The notes: generated from the letters alone by a model not told the origin. DNA of 64,000 nucleotides from Octopus sinensis (GCF_006345805.1 NC_043020.1:21948001-22012000), one strand, 5' to 3'; positions 14,476-26,925 are shown, counted from the first letter of the stretch. A program made the numbers and translations.

Positions 14476-15033
14476 CGCCTTCGATTTTCTGCACTCCCCA
14501 CTTGCTTTATAAGTGTTTCTGGAGAGATTAAGTTTTTTTCTTTGGTGGCATATTGTTTTTAAATATTTTAAACAAAAAATTATGAACATAGAAAAAATAT
14601 ACATTAATCTGTATTTTTGTAAGCAGTTGTGTGTAGTATGTCTATATTTCTGTATGCAGTGTAAATTAACCAAACATAAGCAAATTGTAAATACCTTGCA
14701 ACTTTTCAACTGCTGCGATAGTTATGAACTGTTAATTGAACGGCAGATGTGTATTTTTATATAACTTGGACTTTTCACGTAATTGTTTTTTATCAAGAGT
14801 TTCAGTTCCAGGCGTTCTCGTTACATATGTATATGAATATGTAGATGTATGTGTGTGTTTAATAATGTACGTAACGAGCGCGCAAACACACATACACTCA
14901 CAGACACATACATATTCATATACAAAATGTAACGATACGCACACATACACTCTCACATACAGTCACATACGCCACAGAAACCGGGAAACCAGGCCCATGA
15001 ACCTGGCTAGGCTTGAAAAGGGCGACGTTTATC

Positions 15034-15120
<87 letters not shown>

Positions 15121-15121
<1 letters not shown>

Positions 15122-15689
15122 TGTGCAGTTCTTTGTTACGTCCCTTTTTGTGTTACATTTTTTTGCTCGTTTACCCCTCTACGAGTTATTTTATTTTAAT
15201 TCTCTCGTAGAAAGGCCTAGCTTGACCTTACGTGTTCTGTCTCTGCCTTCGAAACACGTGTCTGCTAGCGACAGCTGATGAAGGGGATTTTTCCTTGTGT
15301 AGCATGTCCTGTACTTCGTTTTTCTGCTGCACATAATTGTTTTTCCCGTTTTCGTTTTCGTTTCGTCTTGTTCCACGTCTCTGTCCTTCTGTTGTAACAA
15401 AATGTCTTCTCCGTTTTCGTTCTGTTGATTTTCTCGTTTTCTTGTGATGTCCTGTACTTATATACATATTTATATATGCATGTATATATACATGTAGATG
15501 TCGGTACGTACATATATGTTTGTATGTATGCATATATTTTATTTATTACACTATTGTCTGACAGCGCTTCGCGTCGGGTTCGTTTGAATTTTCGATTTTT
15601 CGAATTCTCACTTCGTTCCGTTCCCTCCTCTTTGTCCGTTTTTACAGTTTGCTACAATGATGCGAAACTCTCTCCCTTTGCTTTAACTT

Positions 15690-15724
<35 letters not shown>

Positions 15725-16456
15725 CTCTCTCTACCTCACCCTTCTCTCTAGCCTGTGTCTTCCTCTATCTGTCTCTCTCTCTCTCTCTCCTACTCATCCT
15801 CACTTTCGTCACTGCTAAACCTTTCCGCCTGTTGCATTCAGGCCATAAGGTAATATTTCCTCGCGCTCGCCAGTTACCCTCTCGTCCATGCCAGAACAAA
15901 GGCTTCCGTTCGTCTTTTTTCGTTTGTTCTCTTGTTTATTTTTGATTTCTCGTATTGTAATTTAATTCTCGTTATGTATTTTCGTGTACATGTATCTTTA
16001 ATTTTGTATTTTTTCTTGTATGTATTTTTTGTGCAGTTCTTTGTTACGTCCCTTTTTGTGTTACATTCTTTTGCTCGTTTACCCCTCTACGAGTTATTTT
16101 ATTTTAATTCTCTCGTAGGAAGGCCTGGCTTGAACTTACGTGTTCTGTCTCTGCCTTCGAAACACGTGTCTGCTAGCGACAGCTGATGAAGGGGATTTTT
16201 CCTTGTGTAGCATGTCCTGTACTTCGTTTTTCTGCTGCACATAATTGTTTTTCCCGTTTTCGTTTTCGTTTCGTCTTGTTCCACGTCTCTGTCCTTCTGT
16301 TGTAACAAAATGTCTTCTCTGTTTTCGTTCTGTTGATTTTTTCGTTTTCTTGTGATGTCCTGTACTTATATACATATTTATATATGCATGTATATATACA
16401 TGTAGATGTCGGTACGTACATATATGTTTGTATGTATGCATATATTTTATTTATTA

Positions 16457-16461
<5 letters not shown>
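15121..16461 (+). mobile_element. Non-coding element with about 433-bp near-identical direct repeats (15121-15553, 16029-16461)
   Basis: Repeats offset by 908 bp with few substitutions, flanking about 475 bp of non-coding sequence; set in (TA)n. Confidence 0.8.
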
Positions 16462-16503
<42 letters not shown>

Positions 16504-16524
16504 AATTTAAATAATAAGAGTGAA

Positions 16525-17735
16525 AAATTGAATGTCAATTTAAAATCAGTGGCCTAGCATATTGAAAAATCTGAAGATTCAGAAAAATTATATTACATAT
16601 ATATAAGAGGGATGACCACTAAGTGGACATCCATTATGCTACAGGTAGACCCCATATTGTCTGACCACTAAGAAAAGATTGTTCTCAATAAAATTCAGCA
16701 AACGCCAGAACGTAAGCGAGCAAGACAAATGAAACGATACAAATATAAAGATTAATCACAAACCCAGCTACATTGTTACCACTTACGTAATACTTACGTA
16801 AATGTCCGCATTCATCAGTGTGATCGTCATAGGAAAATATAATTTTCATAACTATACATGAGACGTTCGCATGAAATTGAACATGCATATAGTTCTACCA
16901 ATTACATTTGGGGTTATATTTCAAAAGTTTTCGTTTTGGTGTGCCAAAATACCAGAAATAATTCTACAGAAAATAATTCTCTGCCGTGAATTGTGTTGGT
17001 TAGAGAACATAGTTATATAATTTAGATAATAAGGGAGCAGAATTGAATATTAATTTGATTAATGTCAATTTAAAATCAGTGGCCTAGCATATTGAAAAAT
17101 CTGAAGATTCAGAAAAATTATATTACATATATATAAGAGGGATGACCACTAAGTGGACATCCATTATGCTACAGGTAGACCCCATATTGTCTGACCACTA
17201 AGAAAAGATTGTTCTCAATAAAATTCAGCAAACGCCAGAACGTAAGCGAGCAAGACAAATGAAACGATACAAAATATAAAGATTAATCACAAACCCAGCT
17301 ACATTGTTACCACTTACGTAATACTTACGTAAATGTCCGCAATTCATCAGTGTGATCGTCATAGGAAAATATAATTTTCATAACTATACATGAGACGTTC
17401 GCATGAAATTGAACATGCATATAGTTCTACCAATTACATTTGGGGTTATATTTCAAAAGTTTTCGTTTTGGTGTGCCAAAATACCAGAAATAATTCTACA
17501 GAAAATAATTCTCTGCCGTGAATTGTGTTGGTTAGAGAACATAGTTATATAAATTTAGATAATAAGGGAGCAGAATTGAATATTAATTTGATTAATATCA
17601 ATTTAAAACCAGTGGCCTAGCATATTGAAACATCTGAAGATTCAGAAAAATTATATTACATACATATAAGAGGGATGACCACTAAGTCTGGCGTTTGCTG
17701 AATTTTCTTGAGAACAATCTTTTCTTAGTGGCCAT
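16525..17735. mobile_element. About 531-bp tandem duplication (2.2 units) ending in a short inverted segment
   Basis: CAATTTAAAATCAGTGGCCTAGC at about 16536, 17066 and 17599; 17688-17732 is the reverse complement of an internal part of the unit, as seen at PLE termini. Confidence 0.75.
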
Positions 17736-17741
17736 CTCTCT

Positions 17742-17794
<53 letters not shown>

Positions 17795-17797
<3 letters not shown>

Positions 17798-17945
17798 GCT
17801 TGCTTACCAGCGACAGAGTTCCGGGTTCAGTCCCACTGCGTGGCATCTTGGGCAAGTGTCTTCAACTATAGCCTCGGACCAACCAAAACCTTGTGAGTGG
17901 ATTTGGTATACGGAAACTCAAAGAATCCCGTGGTATATATGTATA

Positions 17946-17976
<31 letters not shown>

Positions 17977-18215
17977 GGGTGTGTGTGTATGTGTGCGTGT
18001 GTGTGTGTGTTTGTGTGTCTGTGTTTATCCCCCTAGCATTGCTTGACAAACGATGCTTGTGTGTTTACGTCCCCGTCGTTAAGCGGTTCGGCAAAAGAGG
18101 CCGACAGAATAGGTACTGGACTTACAAAGAATAAGTCCCGGGGTCGATTTGCTCGACTAAAGTTAGTGCTCCAGCATGGCTGCAGTCAAATGACTGAAAC
18201 AAGTAAAAGAGTAAA
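17795..18215 (+). mobile_element. SINE (family 3) with internal (TA/TG)n
   Basis: GGGTTCAGTCCC B-box-like; CTTGGGCAAGTGTCTTC; tail GCTCCAGCATGGC..CAGTCAAATGACTGAAACAAG; second copy at 52920-53330 on -. Confidence 0.85.
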
Positions 18216-18992
18216 TGAGTATATATATATAAGGTTAAAAAGGAACACACGAGTTGATATATATGGAAAAAGTCAAGACAGAAAATGCTAAAATAATTTT
18301 ATAAAAAACATTTCAGTACCAGTTTCAGTCATTGGGACTTTTTCAACTGTAAGTATGGAAAACAATTAAATTTTGGAAAAATTAAAAGGAAAGTTTTTTA
18401 AAAGAATATTTGCATAGTGTTCAAATACAAGTGGCATTGTTCTTGTTTTTGCCTGTTTCTCTCTGTCTTGTTTAGTCTTGTGGGTTCGAGGTCCTTGTGA
18501 ATTCTTTGTAGGGATGAAGAAGAAGAAGAAGAAGAAGAAGAAGAAGAAGAAGAAGAAGAAGAAAGAGAAGAAGAAGAAGAAGAAGAAGAAGAAGAAGAAG
18601 AAGAAGAAGAAGAAGAAGAAGAAGAAGAAGAAGAAGAATGCGTGAGTGCGATGACAGTAGTATGCTGAATGGTCAACTGCCCCAAAAGTGACCCGCTGTG
18701 GATGGTAGTAGTGATTGAATTCCTGAAACATCTCTTTTGAATGTTTTGTTTATAAAATTTGTGTAGTTGTTATTTTAAACAGCAATAGTGGTAAAGTTAT
18801 GAAGGAGGTGGCGGAAAGGGGGAAGACAAAAAAGAAGAAGAAGAAAGAGAAGAGAGAATAAGAAGGAATGTAGGTAGTAGGATAGTAGTAAGGTGTTAAA
18901 TGGTCAAGTGGCCTAACATTGACTCGTTATGGATTATAGCAGTGATTGGGACTGTTTTTTAATGAATTCTTGGGAATCTCTTGAGTGTATCA

Positions 18993-19014
18993 TCTGTGTA
19001 TATATAAGGCAGGA

Positions 19015-19076
<62 letters not shown>

Positions 19077-20685
19077 TGAATGTAGTTTATGCACATCCAC
19101 AAATTAGCACGCATGTCGCTCAAATTTTAGGAGGACATTTGTCACGATCCTAGCTGTATTTTCGTCGAATTATTTTACCCCGAGGCACCCGCGAATAGCG
19201 GTAAATAATTTTGAGCCATAACTTCAATTTTCACGGCGGAGAAACCCACTGTAGTGACGTCATTATTGTTTACAAAACATGAATTAAATCCCCTTCTAGC
19301 GACGGTGTAAAGAGAAGGAGGGAGAGAGAGGGAGAGAGAGAGAGATAACAGATTTTTTAAATTTCGTCTTTACTGAGTGATTGACAGACAAAAACAGACA
19401 GACAGGTGTTGTTATGTATGTATGTATGTGTGAAAGGCTTCAATCACAGACACACACACGAGCATGTGTGTGTACAAAACACATGCTTGTAATGTGTGTG
19501 TTGACCGTATATATATATATATATATATATACACAATATAAACGATATTCTCCGTTTCTCCACAACTAATTTCCAAATTAGCTGAATCCGTTGCTCTACT
19601 CAGCGATATATAGCTGGTCGTGCGTGAACATGGGGGATAGCAGAGGTTATCAGAGCAAAAGATCTACGTGTTGAAGATAGACACGCTCCTTAGCAAACGA
19701 TCAGCTATTATTTTGTAAACAATGTTTCGAAACTATTCATGTTTTCGAATGGAGAGATCTGACTCTCACATCTCTGCGGGAGAAGGTAGGTTTCTCTATT
19801 CTTGTTACAAAACTTACGTCCGGATGCCAAATTTGTTTCAATTGATGGTATTACTCGGGTAGGAAGTGGTGGTGGGACAGGGGCAGGGGCAAAGGCGTGC
19901 AAAAACATGTATGCAATAGGTGTATGTACGTATATTTTGTGTGTGTGTGTTGCCCATATATATATACTTAGTTGTGATCTGAACAGAGGATCGGGGGGCC
20001 CTTTTGGGCGTTCTAGTTTTCTTGCTGGAAGGGTTCCCAACCCATGGGCAAAGTGGGGTTACATGATGAGGGTGATGTTTTCAAAAGGGTTGGCATATGC
20101 AACCTGATCACCTCTGCCGATCAAACTCCCAACCCATGCGCTCCCGTGGCGACACTGATTCTGCAGAACTGGGTTGGGTAAGAAAACCAGCTTTAAAGCA
20201 TAAATATAAATGTTTTTGAATCAGCAATGTTCGGTTAAGTCCTATTTGGGATGAAAAATCAATAAACTGATTCCTTATGGGATTTTCCATTTAATCAGAA
20301 TTTAAAAAATCGATAAACCGATTCCTTATAGGACTTCCCACTAAAATTGGTTACACCCCATTTTCAACCATAACGTCCACCAATTTTGATGTATTTTGTT
20401 CAAACTTGATGCCAGCATTACTTAGGACTCATGGGATCTTTGAATGCTTTTAGTTCTCCAAAAACGAAAAAAAAAAACAATCGATGAGTGGAAAAAATCG
20501 ATAAACCGATTCCTTATGGGATTTCCCAATCAAATTTTCTACAAAATTTCACCCAAAAGTTTACCAATTTCAACGGATTTCACTCAAATTTTACGTCGAC
20601 GTTACTTAGTTTGCTTTGAAATAAAGAGCTTGATTATCTTAATAATCCTAACTTAATCCCGAGCAAAGCCGGGCTATACTACTAG
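18993..20685 (+). mobile_element. Non-autonomous Helitron
   Basis: Starts TC after A (18992) and ends CCCGAGCAAAGCCGGG-CTATACTA-CTAG before T (20686); removing it restores the inverted PLE arm with no TSD. Confidence 0.9.
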
Positions 20686-22133
20686 TTTTTTTATATTTGC
20701 GTGTGTATTTGTGTTATACTAAGACCGTGGTGGATATGTCGTTTGTTGTAGACGCGTTCAAAAGGGGTCTGTATCTTGTAATAAAGAGAGTCTCTTTACT
20801 TATTCGTTGGCTACAGGTTGTATCGTCCCTGAATTGGTAGAGGGGAAAAATTCTGAAGCTTGGATTTTTATTATTGGCGACAATGAAGTCTTCGACAACA
20901 TCATTCAAAACATTCCCCTGCTTAAAAAAGGACCACAGAATGAACTTAATCTTCCAAACACACACCATCATAAAAAGCAAGAGACAGCCCAAATCTATGA
21001 AAAGTCTCCTAACACAAGCCCGAATACGCTCAACAACACAGAAGCCGACAGTAAAGAAAATGCGGAAGACCCAACTATAAGATATGCGTCAATTTAATTG
21101 AGGGATCAGCGGTCTCCTTCAAACAGGGACAACGTTCGTTTCACAGTGAAAAGCAACTTCACATGTGCTTCGGAGAACCTGATATACGCACTAACCTGCT
21201 CTGGGTGCCAAGAGCAATACATAGGCCAAACAAAAAACAGTCTACGTAAAAGAATGGCTCTGCACAGATCCCAGATCCAAATTCCCCAAAACAGAACAAT
21301 AGCATTCAGCCAACTATAGACATTTGCGCCAATAATAAAATTCCAAGCTTCAGAATTTTTCCCCTCTACCAATTCAGGGACGATACAACCTGTAGCCAAC
21401 GAATTAGTAAAGAGAATCTCTTTATTAAAGATACAGACGCCTTTTGAATGCGTCTACAACAAGCGACATATCCACCACAGTCTTAGAATAACACAAATAC
21501 ACACGCAAATATTTAAAATGATACACTCAAGAGATTCCCAAGAATTCATTAAAAAACAGGCCCAATCACTGCTATAATCCATAACGAGCCAATGTTAGGC
21601 CACTTGACCATTTAACACCATACTACTATCATACTACCTACATTTCTTCTTATTCTCCCTGCTCTTTCTTCTTCTTCTTCTTCTTTGTCTTCTCCGCCAT
21701 CTCCTTCATAACTTTACCACTATTACTGTTTAGAATAACACCTACACAAATTTTATAAACAAAACATTCAAAAGAGATGTTTCAGGAATTCAATCAGTAC
21801 TACTATCCACAGCGGGTCACGCACGCATTCTTCTTCTTCTTCTTCTTCTTCTTCTTCTTCTTCTTCTTCTTCTTCTTCTTCTTCTTCTTCTTCTTCTTCT
21901 TCTTCTTCTTCTTCTTCTTCTTCTTCTTCTTCTTCTTCTTCTTCTTCTTCTTCTTCTTCTTCTTCTTCTTCCCTACTAAGAATTCACAAGGACCTCGAAC
22001 CCACAAGACTAAACAAGACAGAGAGAAACAGGCAAAAACAAGGAAAATGCCACTTGTATTTGAACACTATGCAAATATTCTTTTAAAAAACTTTCCTTTT
22101 AATTTTTCCAAAATTAATTGTTTTCCATACTTA

Positions 22134-22169
22134 CAGTTGAAAAAGTCCCAATGACTGAAACCGGTACTG
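22134..22169 (+). ncRNA. Minimal hammerhead ribozyme candidate, U3-A8 core variant
   Basis: CAG-TTGAAAA-AGTC(CCAAT)GACT-GAAA-CCGG-TA-CTG; mirror copy at about 18314-18349 on -. Confidence 0.65.
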
Positions 22170-22218
22170 AAATGTTTTTATAAAATTATTTTAGCATTTT
22201 CTATCTTGACTTTATTTT

Positions 22219-22311
<93 letters not shown>

Positions 22312-22357
22312 TATATATATATTATATATATATAATATATATATATATATATTGCTA

Positions 22358-22639
22358 TGTGAAGTCGCATGACTCAGTGGTTAGAGCGTCGAGCTTATGA
22401 TCGTGAGGTTGTGAGTTCGAATCTCGGACTGAGCTACGTATTGTGTACTTGCTCCAGTTCACTCAGCAGTATCGGCCTTTGCCTTTCCTTGGCTAACACT
22501 GGTGACGTGGAGAGGGGAGGCCGGTATGCATGGGTGACTGCTGGTCTACCATAAACAACCTTGTCGGGACTTGTGCCTGGGAGGGTAACTTTCTAGGTGT
22601 AATCCCATGCTCAGTCATGACCGAAGGGGTTCTCAGCAT

Positions 22640-22640
<1 letters not shown>
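22358..22640 (+). mobile_element. tRNA-derived SINE (family 4)
   Basis: TGACTCAGTGGTTAGAGC A-box and GAGTTCGAATC B-box; second copy at 25960-26275 on -. Confidence 0.85.
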
Positions 22641-22703
<63 letters not shown>

Positions 22704-22711
22704 AGATAGAT

Positions 22712-22778
<67 letters not shown>

Positions 22779-22814
22779 GATAGATAGATAAAACTTACTT
22801 AGAAGTGGATGCGT

Positions 22815-23220
22815 GCGTTCTATCATATAATAACAAAATTATAAATAAAACATATGCATATATACATACATATATGTACGTACCTACATCTATATGTATA
22901 TATACATGCATATATGAGTACAGGACACCAAAAAAAAAACGTCGAACACAATGAAAAACGAAAATATAAACATAAAACCAAGGAAATGGACATTTTTCTT
23001 AAACAACGAAAAAATAGAGTACAAGACATACAACACAAGAAGATTGTTTTTACTCTCCTGTTTTTGTTACCATTTTTACCCCTCCGCAAAAAAATCTCAA
23101 ATTTTATTTAATTTGCTTTTGCAGGTAGGACTGTTTCAACGAAGTCGTGTCTCGCCTTTATCTTCGAAACGCAGAGTAGATGAAACAGAGGCGGCTGAAG
23201 AAGGGGAATGTTCCTTGTGT
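22815..23220. mobile_element. Family A PLE-terminus-like repeat in inverted configuration
   Basis: 22815-23040 is reverse-complement homologous to about 3545-3730; 23045-23220 is homologous to about 3395-3550. Confidence 0.7.
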
Positions 23221-23423
23221 GGGTGCTAAAAGGTTCCTGGTTTTGGGTAAAAGAACATACAAGAGGATCGGTAAATTATGATTTTATTCAACATATTCTC
23301 CGCTCAAATTCACATATTTATTGCAGCGGTCTTTCAGTTTTTCTAAACCCTCAGAATGTTTGGCGTGTAGCCAGGCTTTTCGCGACACCCTTAAAACCAG
23401 GAACTTCTCAACACCTCTTCGTA
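23219..23423. mobile_element. Mariner-derived MITE
   Basis: GGGTGCTAAAAGGTTCCTGGTTT ... AAACCAGGAACTTCTCAACACC imperfect TIRs, ending CGTA. Confidence 0.7.
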
Positions 23424-23429
23424 GATTAT

Positions 23430-24400
23430 TATATCTAAATGAAATATGCTAGTATTGCTCGAGAATTCCATCTTGCATTACTTAAGTTGGGTATTTTTTG
23501 AAACTTTATAGTAGGAAATTTTCCGGTTTCTTCAAAGAAACAAAAAACTCTGGTCAAATGAAATAGAAATTTTATGTCATTTCTCCATCCTGCTGATTCA
23601 GTAATCTTTTCTTCACCATTGTTGAAATTAGTCTAGAGTTTCTCGTAACTACTTAGAAACTCTGGGATGAATGTATATTCAATATTGGGAGATGACTTTT
23701 TTCTCCAAGTACGTTATCCATTACAACACGAAGAACTCTGTCAAGGATATGATGCTGACAACCAATAAATGGCGGTTTTTCAAACACTTTTGGGCAAATA
23801 GTCTTTGGAATTGAATGACAATACCATTTCCTTTCCCAATGTTCACACTCGTTGTATCAGCGACAATCATCTTTACACAGTTCCATAAATTGTATTCATA
23901 TAAAACAGCTGTTATTCCTTTCTAAACAGTATTGGCTTTTCCCTCTGGTAATTGGAGTGCATCTAACTTAACTTCTCTCTGTTCATTCAAAATGCAATGA
24001 CCAGTTTTCTAAATGTAGTGTTTTCTTCATTTTCTTTTTTAGTTTAACAGCTTCTTTGATAGTCGGTCTGTAAATACCAGATTGGGAAGGAGTCTCGACA
24101 TTTATTCTCTCTTGAGGTAATTGTCAATAAACTGTTGATGTTTCAGGGCTGATAGCTTGGAAGATATTACTAACTTGGCTGCAGTTCCAGTTTTGCTATA
24201 CTTCCTCCTTGTTTGTGTGGATTCTTCATCTGATTTTTCGGACTCTTGATATTCACTTTCGGTCTTTGCTTCAGACGTTGACGGTGACACTGGAGTTGCT
24301 CTGGTTGAAGTTGACATTAAGAATACTTTTCTTTTGGATGGATAATTTTGGAACTGGCTGCCTTTCCAGTTGTAGACACACAGGATGTCGAAATATCGTT
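23430..24400 (-). pseudogene. Decayed DNA transposase (Sola2-like, tentative)
   Basis: Hand translation gives IVADTTSVNIG, FIGCQHHILDRVLR and PNLSNARWNSRAI, matching the DTTxxNxG / CxHH / ARW pattern; many stops. Confidence 0.55.
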
Positions 24401-24477
24401 CACTAGATGACAATGGCACTCTATTATTATTATCATCATAATCATCATCATCCTCCTCCTCCTCCTCATCATCATCA

Positions 24478-24533
<56 letters not shown>

Positions 24534-24599
24534 ATTATTATTATTTTTATACTATATGGGTTACGATATTATGAAAATAAAAAAAAGAATGCATAAAAA

Positions 24600-25932
24600 A
24601 TATCACTGGAAGTTCGTGTGTGCCCCAACTATTTGCCTTTCTTCCCGACAAAAACGAAGCCTTGTATCATCGTCTCCTGTCTTCTGTGTGTGATTTAAGG
24701 CCAAATTGCTGACTTGTAGCCTGTCTCATGGACTCTGAAAAAGCTTTCCATCGTGCATTTGTTTCTCTATTTCCGTATTCAGAAGTAGTTGGGTGTGTCT
24801 TTCATCTCGGATAGTCTTGTTGGCGGATATGTGCACTTGGTGAGAGTATGAGTTACAACACAGATGAAAGTTTTCAGCTTAAAATTAAGTGCTTTTGTGC
24901 TTTAGCATTTTTGCCAATTGAAGACGTTGTCAATGTATTTGAAGGTTTGTTTGACGATGAAGACATCCCTTCTGAGTTTATCACATTTGTAAGGGGGTGC
25001 GGTCCTCGTCGGCGAAGAGAAACCCCACATTTTCCTATACAACTCTGGAATGTACGTGATCGCGTCTTAAAGGACTTGCCAAAATCAAATAATTCTTTCG
25101 AAGAGTTCCAAAATTCTTTGCGCTCATCACTAACATTCACACATCCAAATTTGTGGAAACTATGCACTGCCCTTAAAGCTGAGGCGGGATTAAGCCAGAC
25201 AAAAATTGCACACATTCGACGTAGAGAAAAAAACCTTTTCTACTCTAGGCAAATGGCCCGAAATTTTTGGGAGGGGGCCAGTCGATTTGATCGACGCCAG
25301 TCCGCAATTGGTACTTAATTTATCGACCCCGAAAGAATGAAAGGCAAAGTCGACCTCGGCTAAATTTGAACTCAGAACGTAAAGACAAATGAAATACTGC
25401 TAAGCATTTCTGCCAGTTAACCGCCTTAGACCTATCAAATTATTGATGCACAACTGAAGAAGCTAGTTCAGGAATATCAAAATGAAAACCCTCTGCAATC
25501 TTTAAGAAGTATTGTACACAATTTGTCTTAAGAAATTTTTTTTTAAATAAATTAAACTTTCTTATCCTAACTCTACTTCACAATGTACACGCTGTCAATT
25601 TTTATCCTATTGCCATAATAAAATGTGTGCTAAAATTTAATCTTTTCTTTCTTTATCCCAAATTATATTATTTTTGAAATTTTGTGATGAGTCTTTTCCA
25701 TAGATTCTTGCTCGATGGGAGGACATTAAAGTGATCCCATCTCAATTTAAGTAGATTCTATTTCAACTTCAGACTCTCTCACTCTTCCCTCTCTCTCTTC
25801 TTAAGGCTTGAGAAACAGACAGACAGACAAATTAAATAAACATGGTGATTATTAGTGGGGGCAGCTTATATTGGAAGTCTGTCCATGGGTGGAATTTACC
25901 ATGGTGGAATATACCGTGGTGGAATTTACCTA
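24600..25932 (+). mobile_element. MULE (Mutator-like) transposon relic with an internal SINE
   Basis: MDSEKA..GCVFHL and ALAFLP..LWNV...PKSNNSFE..HPNLWK motifs; subterminal GGTGGAATTTACC repeats ending TAGAACC; SINE family 1 on - at about 25232-25428. Confidence 0.85.
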
Positions 25933-25959
25933 TGGTGGAATTTATCTAGAACCACACAT

Positions 25960-26275
25960 ATGCTGAGACCCCCTTCGGTCATGACTGAGCATGGGATTGC
26001 ACCTAGAAAGTTACCCTCCCAGGCACAAGTCCGGCCAAGGTTGTTTATGGAAGACCAGCAGTCGCCCATGCATACCGGCCTACCCCCTCCACGCCACCGA
26101 TGTTATCCAAGGGAAAGGCAGGGCCGTACAGCTTGGCACCTGTGACGTCACTGAGTGAACTGGAGCAATATGAAATAAGGTGTCTTGCTCAAGAACAAAA
26201 CACACAGCCCGGTCAGGGATTCGAACTCACACCTCACGATCGTAAACTCGACCACTGAGCCATGCGCCTTCACCA
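25960..26275 (-). mobile_element. SINE family 4 copy
   Basis: Reverse complement of 22358-22640. Confidence 0.85.
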
Positions 26276-26341
26276 CATACACACATACATACATACATAC
26301 ATACATACATACATACATACATACATACATACATACATACA

Positions 26342-26555
26342 TACCGTAAATCCTCGAGTATAGTCCGCCCTTGAGTATAATACGCAGGGGATTTTTAGGG
26401 GGGTGTACCACTGAAAAACCTAAACCTTGTGTATGATAAGCACCCCTTCTCTAACTTGAGTCGTGCGTAATTAAGCCAGCAGCACCTAGTCGAACAAACA
26501 CTTCCTTGCATGCATAATACAATAATGGTGATGTTCTTAACTGTTATATCGGAAT
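26342..26555. mobile_element. One-ended Tc1/pogo-type MITE fragment
   Basis: TACCGTAAATCCTCGAGTATAGTCCGC TIR-like start; the other TIR is not found. Confidence 0.45.
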
Positions 26556-26559
26556 GTAA

Positions 26560-26920
26560 ATACGTTTGCAAATTGGACAAACACTCCCTCTGGCAGGTGC
26601 CAGAAATGTAGCGAAGACTTTGCCTGGCTGGTTGTAATGCCATAGTTTCTTGTTGACGTCTTTTCTTGTCATTCCATTTCTTCTCTCTCCCTCTATCACT
26701 CCTTTGTGTTCCCTCTTTTACGGAACGTCGCCAATCTCCAAGGTTGCTGGCAACTGCTTCCCAGTTGCTAATATTGATGTCGCAGGCCTCCATGTCCCTT
26801 TTGCAAACATCCTTGTATGAGATGGCTTGGACATGTTAGCCGTATGGAAGATGGCAGAATCCCCAAGGACATACTCTACAGAGAGCTTGCTAGGGGCACT
26901 AGGTCTGTGGGAAGACGTTC
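26560..26920. mobile_element. RTE LINE 3' fragment with 5' inversion
   Basis: Minus: YKDVCKRDMEACDINISNWEAVAS..; plus: RWLGHVSRMEDGRIPKDILY..GTRSVGR; these are adjacent segments of an RTE ORF. Confidence 0.8.
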
Positions 26921-26925
26921 ATACG

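Larger units (their letters stand above)
13135..15050 (-). mobile_element. Decayed Helitron carrying nested insertions
   Basis: Minus-strand 3' end CCCGAACAACACCGGG-TATCTTTG-CTAG at 13135-13162; minus-strand peptide ALRYDPS..NCRLCKASKF (about 13930-14040) resembles the RepHel N-terminal Cys region; 5' boundary uncertain. Confidence 0.55.
18258..22225 (+). mobile_element. 5'-truncated Penelope-like element with a long inverted terminal arm
   Basis: GIY-YIG ORF 21098-21319 (FTCASENLIYALTC..C..QYIGQTKNSLRKRM..H). The 3' tail 21325-22225 is mirrored by 18258-18992 plus 20686-20882, including the (TTC)n/(GAA)n tract. Confidence 0.9.

Noticed and set aside
14138-14531. Host repeat-protein gene from the 69-bp repeats
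   Set aside because: Frames are interrupted and the region abuts Helitron N-terminal-like sequence; more likely TE-derived.
15245-15290. Canonical type II hammerhead (GAAACACGTGTC...CTGATGA)
   Set aside because: The intervening TGCTAGCGACAG does not form a proper stem I and stem II opens with an A-C mismatch; kept only as part of the atypical-fold finding.
20120-20180. HDV-like ribozyme
   Set aside because: Only a 9-bp stem is evident; P2, P3, P1.1 and the catalytic C could not be assigned.
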